From: Octopus vulgaris
Lineage: Eukaryota
NCBI GenBank assembly: GCA_951406725.2
Contig: OX597832.1
Location: forward strand, 66,340,001 to 66,404,000
Direction: 5' to 3'
DNA length: 64,000 bases
The translations under genes and the position numbers were made by a program. Below are positions 57,871-64,000 of the stretch, one piece after another. How positions within the stretch are numbered: the first letter of the stretch is position 1; every line of letters starts with the position of its first letter. A model generated the notes under the pieces. That model was not told the DNA's origin and made no database searches. It saw only the letters and a program-made list of their open reading frames with translations.

Positions 57871-58617
57871 TTAACTATATCATCAAGGAACTTCAATTAA
57901 CCCGATACAAAATACGAATACTACCACTCTCTGTTGGAATGGTAAAACACACTAGCGGACTTTTGGCCCATATTGGCACAGCGAGTCGCTGTTTTTCTTA
58001 GCAGCAGAGTTCAAAAGGTTAGGATTTTGAGAATAGTAATATCATATGTATGAAAACTTTATATCATATGTATGGAATCTGATAAACAGTTAATAGTATC
58101 CTGTAAAATTTTCGCTGCATTTACATTTAATTCAAAATGCAATCTGAAATGCAGTTAATAGTACAAACAGAAGAATTGGCATCAGTAATTAACACCAAAA
58201 TGCTCGCGAAGATGCAAAATTTGTAGCGTGCACCGACTTGCAGAAACATATGCAGGTGCTGACTTCAAAAGAAGTGATTAACTGAATAATATAACCTGGA
58301 TAGATGAATCTGTTTTCTTGATTATTTATTTATGTGTATGTGTGTGAATACATTTACGTATATAGGTGTGTGTTTGTGTGTCTGTATGTATGAATGTATA
58401 TGTATATACATATGTGTGCGATGAGTGTCACATGCACATCTCCAGAGACAATGTTGGCTTGTTGGAAGGAGTCAGCTTATGTACAGAATAAATATTTGAT
58501 CAATATAAACATATGATCTGTGCAGGCTCTTGAGCATATCATGTGATTGCTAGATCGGCTTTCGCGGTATCGAGAAACCACACACGTGTGTGTGTGTATC
58601 TATATATGTATATATGT

Positions 58618-58993
58618 GGAGGCGCAATTGCCCAGTGGTTAGGGCAGCGGACTCGCGGTCGTAGGATCGCGGTTTCGATTCCCAGACCGGGCGTTGTGAA
58701 TGTTTATTGAGCGAAAACACCTAAAGCTCCACGATGCTCCGGCAGGGCTGGTGGTGATCCCTGCTGTACTCTTTCACCACAACTTTCTCCCACTCTTACT
58801 TCCTGCTTCTGTTGTACCTGTATTTCAAAGGACTGGCCTTGTCACTCTCTGTGTCACGCTGAATATTCCCGAGAACTACGTTAAGGATACACGTGTCTGT
58901 GGAGTGCTCAGCCACTTACACGTTAATTTCACGTGCAGGCTGTTCCGTTGATCGGATCAACCGGAATCCTCGTCGTCGTAACCGACGGAGTGC
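58618..58993 (+). mobile_element. tRNA-derived SINE, near full length
   Basis: ggaggcgcaattgcccagtggttagggcagcggactcgcggtcg...ggtttcgattccc (A and B boxes). The tail is shared with 42609-42930. Confidence 0.85.
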
Positions 58994-59021
58994 TTCCAAT
59001 ATGTATATATGTGTGTGTTTG

Positions 59022-59221
59022 TGTGACCGCGTGTGTACCGTTGGCGATATTTTTCCCTCTGTCATCCTTTCTCTGGATCTTTCCTTCTCCTATGTTTCCG
59101 ACGAAGAGCTCCCCTCGAAACGTTAAATCCTCCTTCTTTCCTTCTTTCCTGAGCGTCCAATAATACTATATTTGTTCCACGTCCTCGCGTTGTTGTGTTT
59201 TTTTTTGTGCTTTCTTTCTTG

Positions 59222-59222
<1 letters not shown>
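59022..59222 (+). mobile_element. ~200 bp PLE-type repeat, copy 2, with variant hammerhead-like core
   Basis: gttt-CCGACGA-a-gag..ctc-GAAA-cg-T-T-aaat at 59094-59128. Confidence 0.7.
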
Positions 59223-59279
<57 letters not shown>

Positions 59280-59309
59280 GTAGATAGATACACACACACA
59301 TTCGCACAT

Positions 59310-59683
59310 GCAGGAGTGGGTGTGTGGTAAATAGCTTGCTTACCAACACCATGTTTCCGCGTTCAGTCCGGCTTCGGCAAGTGTCTTCTACTATAGTATC
59401 GGTCTGACCAAAGCCTTCAGAGTGGATTTGGTCGATGGAAACCGAAAGACGTCCGTTGTATATACATATATAAATGTAAGTATATATGTGTGTGTACGTG
59501 TGTGTATGCGCATTTGGGTGTCTGTCTTTGTCCCCCACCATCGCTTGACAACCTTCAGGCAAAAGAGATCGAGAGAATAAGTACTAGGCTTACAATGAAT
59601 ATGTCCTGGGGTCGATTTGTTTGACTAAAGGTCGTGCTCCAGCATGGCCTCAATCAAATGATTGAAACAGATATAAAGATAGA
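59310..59683 (+). mobile_element. Degenerate SINE family A
   Basis: gcaggagtgggtgtgtggtaaatagcttgc...gtgctccagcatggcc...tgattgaaacag. Confidence 0.8.
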
Positions 59684-60849
59684 GCACACACACACGTAAA
59701 AAACATATATGATATAGTGTAATTGTGTTGTCAGTCGTTCAGAGATGCGTAACAAGTATTTTTTATTTCACTACAATACTGAATGTTCTCACCACTGCTT
59801 AGCACGGTTACGTAGTGTTACATCGATCTAAGAAGTTAGTTTATATAGTTGGTGGAGGACAGCTTTGGGAATGTAGCTGATGTATATGCGTGTGTGCACG
59901 CACATACATACACAAACAAACACACGCCCCCCACCACAAGTATATATATAACCGTCTGCATGTTATGTATGAATATAAATTTAATTCACTTCCCTGTTTA
60001 TTTACCAACGCAAGTCTACATAATAAGGTATACACACACTGTTTAATGTATAATACGCAATGATATGAAAAATATGTTTGCAAATCAAAGGATTAACGTC
60101 GTTGTGAAATTCCGTAGAACATCAATAGAATATATTGAAAATAAAACATAATATAATATAATATCAGACACCCATCTCATATTTTTCAATATGAGACCCG
60201 AACCAGTGGCGCTTCACGGAGTACACAAATATCTTGGGTTTCATATTTCTGCAAATATTTAAATATTATAATATTACAATATTCATTCTCTTGCCGCAAT
60301 TCTTTATTGTTTACTGCTCAGTTTCGTCTTCGCCATCAGAAATGTATTAAACGTAGTGTGCGTAATGTGTAGGACTGATGCAGAAGAGATGAGACGCATC
60401 AATAGCTTCATCTGTGAGGCATTTTATCTGTGTCTCTCTAAAGAATCTCTCAGTTTGCAACCTGAAGACACAGCGAATCTGAATAAATAGCTGGCAAACA
60501 AGTTGAACAAGGAAATATTGTCAATTATTAAAATCCACTCAGACTAGGGATCCGAAATTTTTTAGCTAATTTTATTGACATCGATAATTATAAATTTTTG
60601 AAAATTCTGATATAAAAGGCAAAAGGAAAATAATCTGGAATTTTAATTAGTATTAACGTATAAATGGGAATTCACGTGTATATGTTTGTATGCATGTAGG
60701 TATATATGTATGTAGGTATGTATGTATGTAGGTAGGTATTAATTATGCGTATATGCATATATGCATGTATAATGTATATATTTGTACGGCATACTTTGTA
60801 CTTCTTTACGTATGTATATGTGCATGTATGTATGCGTCTATGTATGCAT

Positions 60850-60951
<102 letters not shown>

Positions 60952-62002
60952 ATGTATTTATGTATGTATTATAAATTGTAAATCTCTGTTTTGGCAATAC
61001 AAAAGATTTTTCATAAAGGGTGCGTCCAGTCAAAGAAGTTGCTAGTCATGTTACATCCTAACATTTTGCTTACGATACAAATGCTAAGAACGCTGTATAT
61101 CCCTGAGCATTGCGACTGGTGCTGGAAATCTACCGACTTCAGAGTTATATATCCATATCAACTATACTAATTAGTATATCATTTAGAAAAATTATGCATT
61201 TGTTTATTGTCTGTTGATAATTAGTTGAGTGGTGCTTTTCCTTTCTTTCTTTTTTTTTGTCACTCAATGAACAGTTTGAAGAAATGCGAATACTTTGGCT
61301 CTCTAAATAATCTCAAACGAAGATCTCGTGCACCGTTGTAAACCAGCTCATCCAAATTGTAGAACTTTTATGATTACATTTAGTTTAGACATTTATGCAC
61401 CCTGATTAGGTCAAGCTGTGATTATGATATTTCAAAGTGTAGAAAGGACTCAATCTATTATATCACCTTAATTCGTTAAATTGAAGTGTTATGGACGCTC
61501 GGCAATTGTACACTTTATCTCTTGCAAATGTTGGAACCTTTTGCTAATCATAGAAGATATTACTGGGTGCAATAGATAAAAAAAAAACTGCCATATTTCA
61601 TACGGCAATTATGACGCTAATAAAGTTAGAATGAGAGTAATAGTAAGTATTTGTAGTAATGCTGTATCGAATTCTTCTGGTAGTTACCGCTGTGTATGGA
61701 ATCTATTCACACTCTATTTGCTGAAGAAATGTAAACCAGTAAAATTTTGGTGCTTTTGGTTTTGTTTTGTTGCATCCCATATTGTCTGCGTGGTTGTCTA
61801 CTGTGTCTCATAAAAATATGCCATGAATAATAGAAATCCATTTCGCTACGTTTTATTAAATATTGCAAGATTTTCATTCTGTATATGCCTTTCTCATTCA
61901 ATGATATGGAAGACATTTATAGAACCTATACTGCATTCAAGTGATGGATTGTAGATGGTTGGGCGTGGAATTATGCTTCGAGCAAGAGTTATTAGTATAT
62001 AC

Positions 62003-62129
62003 CTTTAACGTCGAGTGCATTAATCCAGTCATCAACAATCGGGTCTTCCCAATCACACTGATTCCCAGCCTCTTGATATTGCTGCAGCAACATAACAACC
62101 ACTGCTTCGACCATGCACAAACCACGCAT
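62003..62129 (-). CDS. Candidate first coding exon segment (MRGLCMVEAVVVMLLQQYQEAGNQCDWEDPIVDDWINALDVK) of an unidentified gene
   Basis: Non-repetitive, GC-richer island. A strong pyrimidine tract plus cag acceptor lies before 62292, ATG is at 62129 and an aag|gtatat donor follows 62003 (phase 1). No homology recognised. Confidence 0.3.
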
Positions 62130-62382
62130 ATCAAATGGGAGGATCCCACCTCTGGGAAGCGATCATAGCAACGGTCACGTCTTAGTTTTCTAAATTGTTT
62201 AGATGAACGTTGGTGAAAATTGCGAGAATATTGTTGATGATGGCTCCCACTAGAGAAGGAACTAGAGAAAGGTTTGTAATTGGGAACACAGACTGATAAA
62301 TTATGATGTAAAAAAAAATGAGAAAAAACGGCAAAAAGACAAGACAATAGTCTGAACTAATTTTTGATATATGGTCATTTAA

Positions 62383-62574
62383 ATATTCTGTTGTGTCTGG
62401 GGAGAGTCATTCTCTTTTTGTGCCTTATAATTTAACACACACACACCGGTAAAATTTTCACTTATTTCTTTATATTTTTCTAAAATTTTCGTTGCGTCCT
62501 GCAACTTTTTCAATAGTTTTGACTCCCTAAAAGGCACCAAACGAGAATGACTCTCCCCAAACACAACAGAATAT
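62383..62574. repeat. Inverted repeat (44 bp arms), MITE- or PLE-like
   Basis: atattctgttgtgtctggggagagtcattctc..gtgcctt (62383-62426) pairs with aaggcac..gagaatgactctccccaaacacaacagaatat (62531-62574). Confidence 0.8.
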
Positions 62575-64000
62575 GCTGCAACACACGAACTCACATAAAG
62601 AATCTTGCAAACCAAATCCAAAAGCGAAATCATTTAAATAGTTTTAAGTATTTACTGACAGTATCTATAAAAATAGAAATATGAACATCAACTGAACTTA
62701 ATGCATATACTAATCTCAGTAATATGAGAAGCGTCCACTATAGATCAGGAAGGTATTAATATGGTATTAATACTTCATTTACATTTATATTCCATTGACC
62801 TTGTACGTGTGTTGATCACTTCATCTGAAATGTTTTTAAAGAATCATGGAAGTTGCTCATTTGCTTGGATTTAATTTGCTGAATACTTATCTCAAACATT
62901 TCCAATTTGTTTTCTATCGGATGTCAGACTTTTCATTTCAGATGATTTCAGACGTTATCTTCTGATTTAAATTTCAGTATCATCACGACTGATTAGTTGT
63001 TTGTGGCTTCATATTCTCTCTAAAATATCTACACAAAAATACTGGCAGTGCATACATTCATATACGAGACGGAACCTTATTTCGTCGGTGTATGAACAAA
63101 ATATGAAATCGTCATCGATATACTTACATTCTAGAGAAATTTTTTTATGCACGGAATCGCACATACATTGAAATACTAAGAGAATGGAACGAATAACATG
63201 TCAGCTAAATCGGCCCCAAAATCTACATCGACATCAATTTGATAGCATCTTGGACAAATGATTGTGGACCTTCAGGGATCCTTTCTTTTTTCTTTTGCAG
63301 AGAAATACGCTTTTCTCTTTGTAAAACACATCCCACAATCCCATCTTCTTAAATCAAATAAACAACACACATTTACATGTGGGACAAACTTTCATATTCC
63401 AGTATCTATCGGTTATAAATAAAGGGTGTACGTATCGGCAGCTGCTTTGTATGTAGATGGTAAGAATAAGCTCCAGTATCAGCGAAAATGTACACATTAT
63501 AGTAAGCAGCAATGATTGAAATACCAACATTAGCAGAATTGATTCGAAAGTTTAATTCCATTTTGTTCTATGAAACGATGCTCTATTTGAAAGTGTCTCT
63601 GATCACACAGTTTTTAGTTAACCCATCACTAGTGATTTTAGAGCAATATAATGAAATAGTTATTAATGGTTTATCTCACTTAGACTGAGAAAAAAAAATC
63701 AAATATCAATATTATTATACTTTTGACTTCAATATTGGTAAATTAAACAACATGTTTTTGTGATTTTATTAATATTGTTTATAATTCTATTATGGTAATT
63801 AAAATTTTCGTATTTATACTTAGAGCATTTAAAAGAGTAACGCACTCTCTTTTTCATCACACATAGTTTGAATCGTGAGTTATTAAATAAACAGAAATAA
63901 TTAAAATTTAATCATTATTATGTACTTGTCATTAAAATAAGTGATTGTATAATGTGAGTGCCCGAGTTAGGTGCATATATATATTTGTCTGTATGTGTAT

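Noticed and set aside
58618-58690. Possible tRNA gene
   Set aside because: The acceptor stem is poor and the sequence continues into a SINE body shared with other copies, so it is a SINE head.

Overview
AT-rich, microsatellite-saturated eukaryotic non-coding DNA. The repeat families are consistent with an octopus/cephalopod genome (inference from the SINE types and repeat density). There is no intact protein-coding gene, and almost all listed ORFs are microsatellite artefacts. The window holds decayed Tc1/mariner elements (DD34D, DD37D, DD41D, Tc1-like), a Dong/R4-like RLE non-LTR retrotransposon in (TAA)n that is interrupted by a mariner, a probable decayed piggyBac, several tRNA-derived SINE families and many Penelope-like element (PLE) remnants. 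The most striking signal is about ten type-I hammerhead-ribozyme-like motifs: four have the canonical CUGANGA/GAAA core and several share a recurrent variant core. They sit in inverted-repeat, direct-repeat or GIY-YIG-tail contexts. Also present are several fold-back hairpin elements, one built from two back-to-back tRNA-like heads, and one candidate minus-strand coding exon near 62.0-62.3 kb.
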